Source: Mytilus trossulus
Taxonomy: Eukaryota
Assembly (NCBI RefSeq): GCF_036588685.1
Contig: NC_086376.1
Span: 39,370,001-39,434,000 of the forward strand
Direction: 5' to 3'
DNA: 64,000 nucleotides
Shown here: positions 1 to 12,044 of the stretch, in pieces
Position numbering within the stretch: the first letter of the stretch is position 1
Layout: each line of letters opens with the position of its first letter
The notes under the pieces: model-generated
The model's input: only the letters and a program-made list of their open reading frames with translations
The model's database searches: none
Told to the model about the DNA's origin: nothing
Translations under genes and position numbers: made by a program

Positions 1-267
1 GAACTTTATTTTATTAAATTAGCAGTACCAAACTTTCATCCGTTTAATATACATTTGATATCGGCTTATATATATAATATCGGCTTATATACAACTCGTC
101 TAAACATGGTTATAATATATTTTAAGAAATAACTCCGTATATATATAACATAAGGCTGAGGTAGTTCGAATACTTTCTATACACTCAATTCGAAATCTGT
201 ATATTGAACAGAAAATATTATTTCACTTTCCAAATTAAAGGGTATATAAACAGCATATAAATAAAGA

Positions 268-560
268 ACAACCAGTGATGGTGCGTGCTACTGATGATGC
301 TCCAGCACAAATACTTCGTTGTTGAGTTGTGAATCTGAAAAAGCCTTACACCGTATAGCTGACTTATATAATCCTTGAAAAATCATTGTATTGTAAATCC
401 TGCGAAAAATGTAACCAAAATTTTCATCTTGGCTGTCATGTGAAAAGTGTTCGGTAAACAGGAATTTGTTGAGTAATGATTCTGAAAACGTATCACACGA
501 TAAAGCCGACTTTAATGAACCTTTCAGAAATCCTTGTAATGTTGTTCATGAAAAAGATGC
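268..560 (+). mobile_element. Degenerate copy of the satellite-carrying HINE/pearl-type element seen intact at 62923-63743
   Basis: Shares CCGTATAGCTGACTTATATAA, CTTGGCTGTCATGTG, GTGTTCGGTAAACAGGAA and TTTCAGAAATCCTTGTA with the ~168-bp unit at 63004-63630; about 1.5 decayed units. Confidence 0.8.
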
Positions 561-1231
561 AACGGAAATATCCATGTACTACATAATTCAAAAGAACTAA
601 CAATATAATCATCACTGTTTGTTTCCACTATAATAGTAAAATTTGCTTGTGTTTACATCGAAGATTTATCATATTTATCTAACTTTTCAAAGTTCTAACA
701 TGTGCTAGACTGATTATGCTAAAAGAGTTCCTCCCTCAAATTTTCATAATGTGAGCATTCGATTGAAAAATGACGCTCATCCTCAACCTTATCAGCTGTA
801 CAATACGATCTGTTTAATATCTGGCATTTTCAATTCTTAATATAATGGGTGAGCATCGATACTTAATTAACACACGAACTTCCTTTCTTAAAATCAATGA
901 TTTTCCCCTTGAAAACTATCTTTAAATGAAAAATAAGCCAGTGTAAAGTTTGCCACAAAACACATAACGTAGTAAGTGTTTACAATTAGATAATATGAGA
1001 AAAACACAAGCAGGACAAGAATGTCATACATTGTCTTAGATTTCTTACTAGTTGTTATTGGCTTTTATACTACACTCGTTCTTTTTGAACAGTAAAAATA
1101 CGTTGACTGTATATTTCTATGTCATAAACAGTCACCGACCAAATATCACTTTTCCTCAAGAATATTTTTGAAAAAAAAAGAAGTTGCCGAAATGTTCATG
1201 TCCGTCATATTTGTTTTTCGTTTTGTTGTAA

Positions 1232-2383
1232 GGCACTGGCTACGGTTACATGGAAATGTAACAATAATAAAAATATTAAGAGACTAATTGCAGAAATGCA
1301 TTGTTGGTTAAGGAACCGATTAATTACGAATGTAACAATATTTATTGAGGCTACGGTTACATGGCGTTATTGTTACATGAAATTAAAAAACAGCAATGTA
1401 TGATGGGGCTAGTAATATGTACTAATGATAATAAAAGTTAGACGCTTATTTTATATACAATATTATATACAATAAAAACATACAATTTCTTGATTTTTTT
1501 ATTTACAATGACAGTTTCTACATATCCAGTCATTGAAGTGGTTTTTGGAGCATGTTCAAGTCAGACAAATTTTTGATGAAACAACTCAAAGCAATATTCG
1601 TATATAGGTATATTGGTTAAAAAAGGGGAAAAAACCAATACTTTGGTTTGGGTGAGCTCCATCTGATTTTGAAATGAAATTACGTCCCCCATGGACGAGA
1701 TTGAGCCCGGAATGGAAACATCATCGTAACATGTACATACAGAAGTTCATAGTATTGTTAAAGTTCACAGTTAGGAAACTTTGCTTTTGATGTATATATG
1801 AAGTTGTAGGTTTGTGTCTTCATATTGTTTCAGTTTCGTTTCAAACGCATCCCAAGTTTTAATGTTTTCACCCAATACAAAATTGGAAATAGGAATCTCT
1901 TCGTCCATTGTTCAAAGTATAATGACAGTTATAAAAGTAGCTGTGCACTTAGATACTTAGAAGGGCACACTTTTCTCAGCCGGAGTTCTCGACAACAAAC
2001 CATCATGAACTATATTTTTCGCCTTTGGCACTACTTATCTGTGGTAAGAAAATCAAAACCATTAATACGTAAAACTATTTTAACACCATTTGCTGAATAA
2101 TGATATTTATTATTTATCATTATAACAAGTATTATTTAGTACAAATGAAGGAATTAACAACAAAACTATAGAAGATTTAAGTTTAATAAATCTAACGTAC
2201 ATTGCTGTTTTCCATGTAACAATAACGCAATGTTACTGTAGCCTCAATAATTATTGTTACATTCGTAATTAATCCGAGAATTAATCAGTTCCTTACCCAA
2301 CTTTGCATTCCGGCAATTAGTCTCCAATGTAACAATAATATTTTTTATTATTGTTACATTTCCATGTAACCGTAGCCAGTGCC
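1232..2383. mobile_element. Non-autonomous Mutator/MULE-like DNA transposon
   Basis: Long TIRs GGCACTGGCTACGGTTACATGGAAATGTAACAATAA...TTATTGTTACATTTCCATGTAACCGTAGCCAGTGCC (inverted similarity ~150 bp); perfect 9-bp TSD TTGTTGTAA at 1223-1231 and 2384-2392. Confidence 0.9.
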
Positions 2384-2815
2384 TTGTTGTAAATCATCAG
2401 TCCTGCACTTCCTTCAACCATTATAAAAGAGGCATATTTTTCTAGATTTTGAAATAAGCTCGGGATATAAAATTGGTATCACTACAAATGAATTGAGTGT
2501 CATCTCTCAGACTATGTCTGATCGATCGCTATTACAAGTGCTGTGTACTGTCTCCGATTTTAGTGGATTCACATTCCCGAACATGATACCGTATTCATAA
2601 TTAGATTTGCTTATCTTTTCTGAGCACATAAAATATCGTCCTAGTTGTCATCTTATTTTTAAGGATCTGGGTATGTATTTGTCTCTCTGTTTTTCTAAAT
2701 TTGACTAACGCTACATTAGTCCCTTATTTCTGCGACAAATTAATCTAAATAAAACTCAAATGAGTGATACAAGGGGTAGAAAGTGTTGCGATCAAAGAGG
2801 GCGTGTAGTGTTATC

Positions 2816-5248
2816 TATGGAACGCCGTAGCTGCCTTATGTGTACTTGTTTTTAGATACGCTTATACTTTTCAATATATGCACATAGTTTTTCTATCTAT
2901 GCACATACTTTCTCTCTATATGCACATAGTTTACTTTATATGCACATAGTTTACTTTATATGCACATAGTTTTTCTATATATGCACATAGTTTTTCTATA
3001 TATGCACATAGTTTTTCTATATATGCACATAGTTTTACTATATATGCACATACTTTTTCTCTATACGCACATACTTGTTCTCTATATGCACATAGTTTAC
3101 TTTATATGCACATAGTTTTTCTCTAAATGCGCATCTGTTACTTATTCGTTTTTAATGCGCGGAGTATACGGTTGCACTTTGAATTAAATCGTTTTTCAAT
3201 TGTGTTCATGTCTCTGGTGGAAACAATGTGTTCTTACAGATGAAATGACCCTATAAGCGCGACTGCAATCGTTCCAGTGCTCGGTTAATACCCTGTTACT
3301 TATTCACTTATAATACGTTTGTTGTACGTTGCACCTTTTAAAAAAAAAAATCAATTGTGCCCATGTTTCTTGGTGTAACAATGTGTTCTTAGAAATGAAA
3401 TGACTCTATTAGCGCGCATGTACCCGTTCCAGCGCTCGGTAATTAACCTGTTACCTATTCGTTACCTATTCACTGATAATGCGTTTGTTGTACGTTGCAT
3501 CTTTTAGAAAAGGATTTTCAATTGTGTCCGTGTCTTTGATGGTAACAATGTGTTTTAAAAAATGAAATTACCCTATTAGCACGCATGTACCCGTTCCAGC
3601 GCTCGGTTAATACCCTGTTACCTATTCACTTTTAATACGTTTGTTGTACGTTGCACATTTTAGAAAAGGATTTTCAATTGTGTTAATGTCTCTGTTGGTA
3701 ACAATGTGTTCTTAAAGATGAAATGACCCTATTATTGCGCACGCACCCGTTCCAGACCTCGGTTAATACCTGTTACTTATTCACTTATAATACGTTTGTT
3801 GTACGTTGCACCTTTTAAAATAGGTTTTTGAATTGTGTCCGTGTCTCTTGTGGTAACAATGTGTTCTTAGAGATGAAATGACCCTATTAGCGCACATGCA
3901 CCTGTTCCAGCACTCGGTTAATACCCTGTTACCTTTTCATTACCTTTTCTTTACCTATTCACATAATGCACCTTGTTTCTGCTTTTGCACATATTTTCCT
4001 TGGAGAACCCTGACAAATATGGTTGAAAATCAAATATGATGAATAAAAGATAAAAATTTGCTCTTCTTAATGAACATTTATCATTGTCATAGAAAATTGT
4101 AGATTAAAGCAATGTCCCTATTTTTTGGTTGCAGCTTTGTGACAAGTACAGCTTTCTCTTAAATGTCAAATTTACTATTCTAATAAATTCAAACTCTGAA
4201 TGTTTACACTGCCATTACACATGGAATATTTAAACAAAATCATCCAAAACGTACAAACAAAAATAAGTCTGAACATACTACACTACACATAAAAAGTATT
4301 GCAAACGTATTATAAGTGAATAAGTAACGAATAGGTAACAGGGTATTAACCGAGCGCTGGAACGGGTACATACGCAGTAATAGGGTTATTTCATCTCTAA
4401 GAACACATTGTTACCACCTGAGACATGGACATAATTGAAAATCCTTTTCTAAAAGGTGCAACGTACAACAAACGTATTATAAGCGAATAAGTATCAGATA
4501 GGTAACAGGGTATTAGCCGAGCGCTGGAAACGGGTACATACGCGCTAATAGGATTATTTCCTCTTTAAGAACACATTGTTTATACCATCAGAAACATGAA
4601 CACAATCGAAAATCCTTTCCTAACAGGTGCAACGTATTAAAAAATGTATTATACGAGAATAATTAACGAATAGGTAACAGGGTATTAGCCAAGCGCTGGA
4701 ACGGGTACATGCGCGCTAATAGGGTCATTTCATCTTTAAAAACACATTGTTACACCAAGAGAAATGGGCACAATTGAATTTTTTTTTAAAAGGTGCAACG
4801 TACAACAAACGTATTATAAGTGAATAAGTAACAGGGTATTAACCGAGCACTGGAACGGTTGCAATCGCACTTATAGGGTCATTTCATCTGTAAGAACACA
4901 TTGTTACCACCAGAGACATGAACACAATTGAAAAACGATTTAATTCAAAGTGCAACCGTATACTCCGCGCATTAAAAACGAATAAGTAACAGATGTGCAT
5001 ATAGAGAAAAAGTATGTGCATATATAGTAAAACTATGTGCATATATAGAAAAACTATGGCATATATAGAAAAATTATGTGCGTATAAAGTAAACTATGTG
5101 CATATAAAGTAAACTATGTGCATATAGAGAAAAAGTATGTGCATATATAGAAAAAGTATGTGCATATATAGAAAAACTATGTGCATATATTGAAAAGTAT
5201 AAGCGTATCTAAAAACAAGTACACATAAGGCAGCTACGGCGTTCCATA
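2816..5248. mobile_element. Foldback-type non-autonomous DNA transposon, IS3EU-like termini, ~1-kb inverted arms made of tandem repeats
   Basis: Termini TATGGAACGCCGTAGCTGCC...GGCAGCTACGGCGTTCCATA; 6-bp TSD GTTATC (2810-2815, 5249-5254). Each arm has a ~21-bp array (TATGCACATAGTTTTTCTATA) then ~156-bp units; ~340-bp unique spacer. Confidence 0.9.
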
Positions 5249-5274
5249 GTTATCCAACTTCGATATATTTCTTT

Positions 5275-6728
5275 ATGTAGTTAATAGTGATGAAACCTCA
5301 CTTCCCTGATACGCGAAATGGGGAACCGACGATCTAGTGAAAGAAGGTAAATCGGTGCTTAGAAAAAATAAATAAAGTAAAAATATAACAGTGATTTAAT
5401 TTTTTTTTGTGGGTTGTTATCCTATGTATATTTCTTGTTAAAACTATGTACATGTTATGCATTTTTTAGAATATTTGTGAAAGAGCAGATATAGTAGAAA
5501 TCTGCCCTTTGAAGCCGTCGACTGTGGTACAAAGAATTGCTGATGTAGGAAGTAGGTGCCATTGTACTATTGTATGTGGATAAAATGAAAACTTGTATAA
5601 ATCTTTATTTGTTTGAATTTGTTTAAAGTGGTTTGTATGTTTATATCTTGTTCTGCTGTCTGATTTAACAAGAAGATCTTTAGGGTAAATTGCTATGTGT
5701 TGGTGTATGATCTTATAGAATACCACTAGTCTTGTTTGTATACGTCTCAGTTCTAATGTAGGCCACTGTAGGTGACCAAGCATGTTTGAGACAGAGCTGG
5801 TATTGTGACATTTATTACATGTGTAGCGAGCAGCTCTGCGTTGGACCATCTCAATTTGGTTGATTTGACTTTTGGTGTGAGGGTCCCAGACGCAAGAACT
5901 GTACTCAAGCTTAGGTATAACTAATGACATGTATGCCCTTTCTTTGATTTTTTGTGATGAAACTTTAAGGTTACGTTTGAGAAAATTCAGTTGTCTGTTT
6001 GCATTAGCTGTTACATTATTGATGTGTTTATTCCATTTTAGATCAGATTGGATGGTTATGCCTAAATATTTTGTAGCTGTTTCAGTTTGGAGGATGTGAT
6101 CATGCAGGATGTAGCCGTGGTTGACTGGTTTCTTTTTTTGTGTAATTCTTAGTATGGAGCATTTGTCTGGATGGAATGACATTAACCATGCAGTCTTTTT
6201 CCCATTGTGCCGCTGAATTTAAATCCTGTTGTAGTTTGGCAGCATCATCTGTGGTTTTGATGTTTCTATAGATGATGCTGTCATCGGCAAATAATCTTAA
6301 GGTGCTGTGTTGTAAATATTCTGGGAAATCATTTATGTAAATAAGGAATAAAATTGGGCCAAGGACAGTGCCTTGTGGCACCCCAGATGTTACCCCAATT
6401 TTTTCTGATTGTTCTCCATCTAGCATGACTGTTTGTGTACGGTTGTGTAAAAAGTCACCAATCCATTCCAAGGTACTATTGTCTATGCCGTAGTATTTTA
6501 ATTTGTAAAGCAATCTTTTGTGGGGGACTTTGTCAAAAGCTTTGGCAAAGTCCATCACAACGACATCAGTTTGTATGTTAATATTGTTGTCTCTTGCAAG
6601 GTCCTGAATGAAAGATAATAGTTGTGTCTCACAAGAGCGTTTTGATCGGAAGCCATGTTGTAAATCATATAAAATATTGGTTTTTTCAAGATGTTCCATT
6701 ACTTGACTAGCTATGATATGCTCCATTA
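5275..6728 (-). mobile_element. 5'-truncated non-LTR retrotransposon (LINE, CR1/L2-group-like) RT fragment, frameshifted
   Basis: ORFs 6726-6100 and 6182-5466: QHGFR, DFAKAFDKV, GVPQGTVLGP, LFADD, KYLGITI, PKLEYSSCVWDP, QRRAARY; small insertion near 6190 shifts frame. 3' boundary approximate. Confidence 0.92.
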
Positions 6729-6873
6729 TAAAAATATGTGAAACTCCAATGTACTAAGACGTATATCCCGCATGGAAAGAATAATTGGGATCAAAACGGA
6801 CAACCACAAGTATTACAGAGACGGAATTGGTCTTTTTTTGAGAAAATTACCCATACACATAAGAAAAGTGCAT

Positions 6874-6991
6874 TGTCGGAATAATGGGTTGTCGGAATAG
6901 TGGGCTGTCGGAGTAATGGGCTGTCGAAATAGTGGGTTGTCTGAGTAATGGGCTGTCGGAATAATGGTTGTCGGACTAATGGGATGTCACC
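6874..6991. repeat. 16-bp tandem array (~7 copies of TGTCGGAATAATGGGY), probably an orphan transposon end
   Basis: Directly visible array ending GGGATGTCACC; no partner arm seen. Confidence 0.8.
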
Positions 6992-7096
6992 AAACATCAA
7001 CCCAACAATGTTAGACCTGTACACTTGCTTTTGCAACTGAACTGAAAGTAATTTTAGATTAAACGGTGTCCTATAGGTTGTCCAGATTTAGAATTG

Positions 7097-7224
7097 CAGA
7101 GGCGGATTTAGGGGGAGGGGACCGGGCCCCCCTTTTGGGAAAAAAATTGGTTGCTTATATAGTGAATCACTGAAGCGTGACTGGAGCGGGCCCCCACTTA
7201 TGAAAATTTCTGGATCCGCCACTG
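7097..7224. mobile_element. hAT-like MITE (CAG...CTG, 5-bp TSD)
   Basis: CAGAGGCGGATTTAG...CTGGATCCGCCACTG; flanks AATTG/GATTG (4/5 match). Confidence 0.75.
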
Positions 7225-7619
7225 GATTGTGATAATTCATGGGGTCATCTAGTGGTAAACAAAGGGTACCAGAATTTGGAGTTAGACTGACCACCCTTTG
7301 AATGACTCAATGCAATAATATTTTATTCGGAATTCTATTTTAAGTTACATTATTACAATTCTGAAGTTAAACTTGAAAGTTACATGTATGTGAATATAAC
7401 TAGTCAGCGTTAGTTCCGTCATCTTTTTTCAACACTTACCAATATTAATTGACTGTTAATAATTTTATATAAGAATTCAAATCATTGTTTATATCTAATT
7501 TCGACAATCCATTTACTTTTCTTTCAGGTATATCTTTTGGGAACAAGTTTCGAGTTTACTTCACTTGAGATTCAAATTTGCCATAAAAACCAATACCAGA
7601 TAAATAAGAATTATAAATA

Positions 7620-10600
7620 ATGAGTGAATTACAAGAAGAACAATTAACTGAGCAACAAACACAAGATGTTCTATGTATCTCATCATCAAGTGACACTGAA
7701 GATGATCAAGACTTTTCAACGGAAGAAGAAACCGAAACTAACGATTTTCAAAATAAAGAATCGATTTTTGCTAAACAAAACCTTACAATAAGAATAAAGA
7801 AAACAAAGTTACATGTTATCAGAGAACAGCTTACAAGAGAATCACCTGTATTTGAAAGAATGCTTCAGAGTGAGTTTCAAGAAAAAGATGCCGAAGAAAT
7901 CACACTTCCTGGAAAACGAGTCGAGGATTTCGTTTACTTTCTGCGATGCACACTGGCTGGCACTGATGATGATTTTACAGGTAGTCAGAAGTTTGGTTGC
8001 TGCCAATTACAGATTTGATTATGTTATTACACATTTTTGACACGAGTTGCTTCCCCTTTTCAATTATAGACTGTTTCTAAACCGGACATGATGTATTATA
8101 TTCAAAGCCAAAGGGATGTTAAATCGGATCCCTCGTGTAGAGAAAGTGCCATACAAAAATAAGAAGTTGTGGTTTGATTGCGAATGAGACAACTATTCAC
8201 CAAATTTGAAATTAAGGTGTGTGTCATGAAGGTACATGATTTGGCGAATTGCTGTCACTATAAAAAATGTCATTTTTCCAGAGGCAGTATAGAGTTTGTT
8301 TCTAGTCATGACATATATTTGGCATTCGACGAAAAACAAACAATAAATTATATTGAACATGATTGTGTACTCATTTTTAAGCTTACATGAGTCGACTATA
8401 TACAACTTAATTGTAAATAACCTTACCAAAACATTTTCACATTAAGACTTTACTAATTTTTCAATCCTCTGTTCAAGTTCACAAGTTCAGTGAATTATGA
8501 AAAAATGCAGGATCAAAACCGTAACCCATGTTTGTTTGTGAATTATTTCGATTCTAATAGGACAAATAAGTTCATTCAAATACTGAAGCCAGGGTGAGTA
8601 TGCCGTGTGTGTAGCTGTTATTTTTTACTCCTTGTTAGAAAAAGCTCAAATATTCTCATAAATCTTTAGCTTGCATTGATTATTTCGTTAATGACCTCTA
8701 GAAAAAATGTGTTTAATTCTCAAACCCAATATTTGCAATTTTTAATTTACGTGTTTTCTCGAAAGCTACCGTCAAATCCAAAATTGACATTTCGTAACGA
8801 AGGAGCTGCCATGTTGACTCGCTGAAAGGCGATCGACATTGCTTGAAAGATCGTCAATGTCGGACTCTTCGGATGACGAATTTATATCTTCTTCTTGATT
8901 ATTTTCCACAAGTAACGGCTCAAACTGATACGGTCGAATATCTAAACTTTGAGAATTGTCTTGTAAACTGCTGTCAACACCGTCCATTGTTTAATTACGC
9001 GAAATGCGATGTACTTCGTCCATATTGAGACATTTTCTCAGCTTGTATCCAGTGACGTCACCACGATCACGTGACCGGTATCTCATTAAAAATCAAAGAT
9101 GACGACAAGCGCTGGATTCTTTGACCATAAAAAGTTATTTTAATGAGGTTTTGACAAGAAAAATTAATTATAATATACTTTTTTACCAATTTGAATTGAT
9201 TAATTAAAAAAAAAAAAAAAAAAAAAAATTGTGTCACGTCTCCTTTAATATGCGAATAATGCAATAGAATAGAAAATAAAACAAAAGAAAACCTACCTCA
9301 GAATTCCATTTTGATACAATATTATACGAATTCGATGGTTACAAAATAGTTTATACTTTTGTGACATAAAATCGTAATATAAATATCAAGCTTATTTTCA
9401 TCCCTCAATGAACCCCCTGATTGTGGCGAAAGTTTTTCATGATGAAATTGACATTGCACAAAATATAGCTGTGTTACTATATTTAGGAAATAAACACAAC
9501 TAGTTGCAGTATATTAATTCTTTTTATCCTGCAATTGGGTGTCCTACTATACAGATACAGCCCTACAGATATCGCTATGCAGTATCTGTATACTATATAG
9601 ATATCGCTTTAAAGCTCCGCCCGCTGGCGGACTGAGTATTGTTTGAACCTGTGTGACCTCAGAATGACTGTGTATTCTAATTGCATTCCAATGACGATGA
9701 CAATTGTCGTTTTCAAATCTTGAATGTGTATGATTGTGTTACAAAATCAACCATGTCAATTTCAGCATGCAGGTTTAGTGAATGTCAAGTCTTAAGCGTA
9801 GGACAACTCGTACACTTCTGTTACAAATTTGACAATGTTTTGTTATTTGTTTTTACTTAGACAATATACGTATAGTGTCTTGAAATATGAAATTTATTTG
9901 TATGAGGCTTAGAAACGGGAAAATGCGAGGTTCTACCGAGCATTTTCCCGTTTCGTGCCGAATACAAATAAATTTCATATTTCAAGACACTATACGTATA
10001 TTGTTTTTATACTGAAATCGAAAAAAAAAATGAAAAATGAAAAAAACATGTAACAAAAATTGTTAAAAAAGTGTTTGGAATTTCCCTCTTGAGGTACCAT
10101 TTTGGGGTATTTCCCTATGAGCATAGTCCAGGTGGTAAGACATTGGCTTATTAAGCGTCGGAATTAGAAAGGGAAAATGAACTTAATTAATAACATTTGA
10201 TAAACATGATATATAAATAACCAATTTGAAGACATAAAAGTTTAAATTGAAAAAAGTTTGACCATTGTTACTTTACGTTGTCATGGTCGTGACGTGATGT
10301 TGTTGATGAAATACAATTAGGAGGCGGGGCTTATATGTCAGTTGGGGTCATTGACGTATAAAGCTAACGTTTATACGTATAGCTTTATCTGTACAGTAAA
10401 CTAGCTGATTGCAGTATAATGTTGAAATTAGTGGTTAACTTGTTATGTTATAAAAGATAATTATTCACCTTGAGCGATGTATTATTGTTGACCATTCGAG
10501 ATTCTTTTTTGCGAACCCGTCTTCAGCGTAATGTGTGATTTTGATATTACTACGCGGGCCTCAATTAAGGGATAATCCCGATTACAAATCGAAAATAAAT

Positions 10601-12044
10601 GCTAAATATGTTAGTTTTTGTTTCTTTCAAAACACAAACGAAATACAGAATGAATTGCAGGATAAAGACAATAACCGTTTAGTGTCTTTAAATATCAGCT
10701 GTATTTGTACTCGGCTCGAAACAGGTGTAGTAGCTCGCTTAAAGCTCGCATACACATTGTTTCCTATCCTCGTACAAATACAGCTGATATTTAAAGACAC
10801 TAAACAGTTATTGTCTATTTATTATGCATCCGAATAAAAACAAAAGTTCTTGTGTCTTTTGTTTTATAACAATTTATAATACAATAAAATCGACAAAGCG
10901 TTTGCAAATAGGTTCAAATACATGTGGATTTACGTGGGAGGTATATTGTAACACCATTATTATGTATATTTCTGAGTCTGCGCTAAGTATAGATATATTG
11001 AGAATTTTCACACTGTTGTTTACAAAGCGAAAGAAGCACGTCATATTAATAGAATTGCAAATTATGTTTATCCGGTAAGTAGTCTAATTCGGTAGGTCAC
11101 ATTCGTGAAAAAGGTAAGGGGATTGTAGTTACGCTACATTGAAGACCTGTTGGTGACCTATGCTGTTGTTTTTTATATGGTCGGGTTGTTGTCTCTTTGA
11201 CACATTCCCCATTTCCATTCTCAATTTTACAACATAACGAACATATCCGATATAATGAAACGGTTATTCCATAATGGTCAACCAACTCGTGATGGCGTCC
11301 GTAAAATTTACGAAGGGATGATTTTGACATCACCATTTGGAACTCTTTGTTTAATAGCTTCCTTGTAAGTAGCAATCCTCTATCAAGAAAGTCATGATAA
11401 GAAATACAAGCCCGGAAATATCGTTTCAATTGGGAGATATATACTCCGTATGCAGGCGCTGCTGGAATGTTGCTACATAGAAATGGAAAATTTACAATTG
11501 GGAAGCTGAAATTATCTCCTTTGTCAGAAAGTCTGCTGCAGTGCTTTTTGCTTTTGTTTAAAAAAAGTGTACAATTTTATTTTATTTTTATTTTGCAGAT
11601 GTGACTGTTCATAAGGTACTTCCTCTTGCGCATGAATATCAGACTAAAAGAACACTTGATAAAGCAGATTTATTTTTGAAGGAAAAATGTGAAACAGAAT
11701 CTGATCATTTATCTTCTCAGCAGATAATCGAAAATATCATAGAAGCAGAACTGTACAATCTACCACAATATTTGGATGCATGTATAAACGTTGCATCCAG
11801 AAAGTACTACCGGAAATTAGTTCAGAATGATCGATTTGAAAATATTTCCATAGAGACAAGGTATAATATCTCTTTGAAACGTTGGGAGGATATCGATACA
11901 ATGTTTGAAAAAACCGGCTTTTTTAAACAGGTAATACAATATGGATACTATTATGAGTCCCCAAAAAAGACTCGTACTCGTGCACCTTCACTTTCATTTG
12001 AAAATGTAGGTGAACAGATGAAGTCGTTCATGCACAACAATTAG
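7620..12044 (+). CDS. BTB/POZ-domain protein, two coding exons 7620-7980 and 11599-12044, 268 aa
   Basis: Exon 1 (acceptor TTTCAG at 7528, acidic N-terminus, LHVIREQLTRESPVFERMLQSEFQEKDAEEITLPGK) ends ACAG|GT in phase 1; exon 2 TTGCAG|AT restores D-VTVHKVLPLAHEYQ, the usual end of a BTB domain. 361+446=807 nt, no internal stop. Confidence 0.9.
8490..9244 (-). mobile_element. Kolobok-like transposon remnant in the BTB intron with an N-terminal piece of a KolX/P2X7-C-terminal-like ORF
   Basis: Terminus reads TTAA|AGGAGACGTGACAC on - strand (TTAA 9245-9248); ORF 8987-8772 has IRPYQFEP followed by an acidic tract and RL. Left boundary not found. Confidence 0.55.
9524..10817 (-). mobile_element. 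Hairpin-ended, TSD-less non-autonomous element, family Y copy 1 (host of a nested insertion)
   Basis: Reverse complement of 23285-24015 apart from the 9858-10419 insert; terminal hairpin 10666-10817; end 9524-9536 TTATCCTGCAATT is the exact complement of 10653-10665. Confidence 0.85.
9858..10419 (+). mobile_element. Hairpin-ended, TSD-less non-autonomous element, family X, nested in family Y
   Basis: ~75-bp-arm hairpin 9858-10006; 3' end GATTGCAGTATAA complementary (12/13) to 10007-10019; absent from the paralogous Y copy, which shows the empty site. Confidence 0.85.
11078..11530 (-). mobile_element. Penelope-like retroelement RT C-terminal fragment
   Basis: Encodes FSFPIVNFPFLCSNIPAAPAYGVYISQLKRYFRACISYHDFLDRGLLLTRKLL; same family as 20448-21170; interrupted by a dispersed repeat at ~11132-11228. 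Confidence 0.8.

Noticed and set aside
1825-2100. 91-aa ORF inside the MULE-like element as captured gene or transposase
   Set aside because: No motif, non-ATG start, composition like non-coding DNA.
2811-5253. Reading the foldback ends as CTATGG...CCATAG with a 4-bp TTAT TSD
   Set aside because: The 6-bp GTTATC reading fits equally and matches the independent TACGG/6-bp element at 24333-24607.
10535-10837. Two similar ORFs (also 23256-23447) suggesting a small protein family
   Set aside because: They are translations of the hairpin in family-Y repeat copies.
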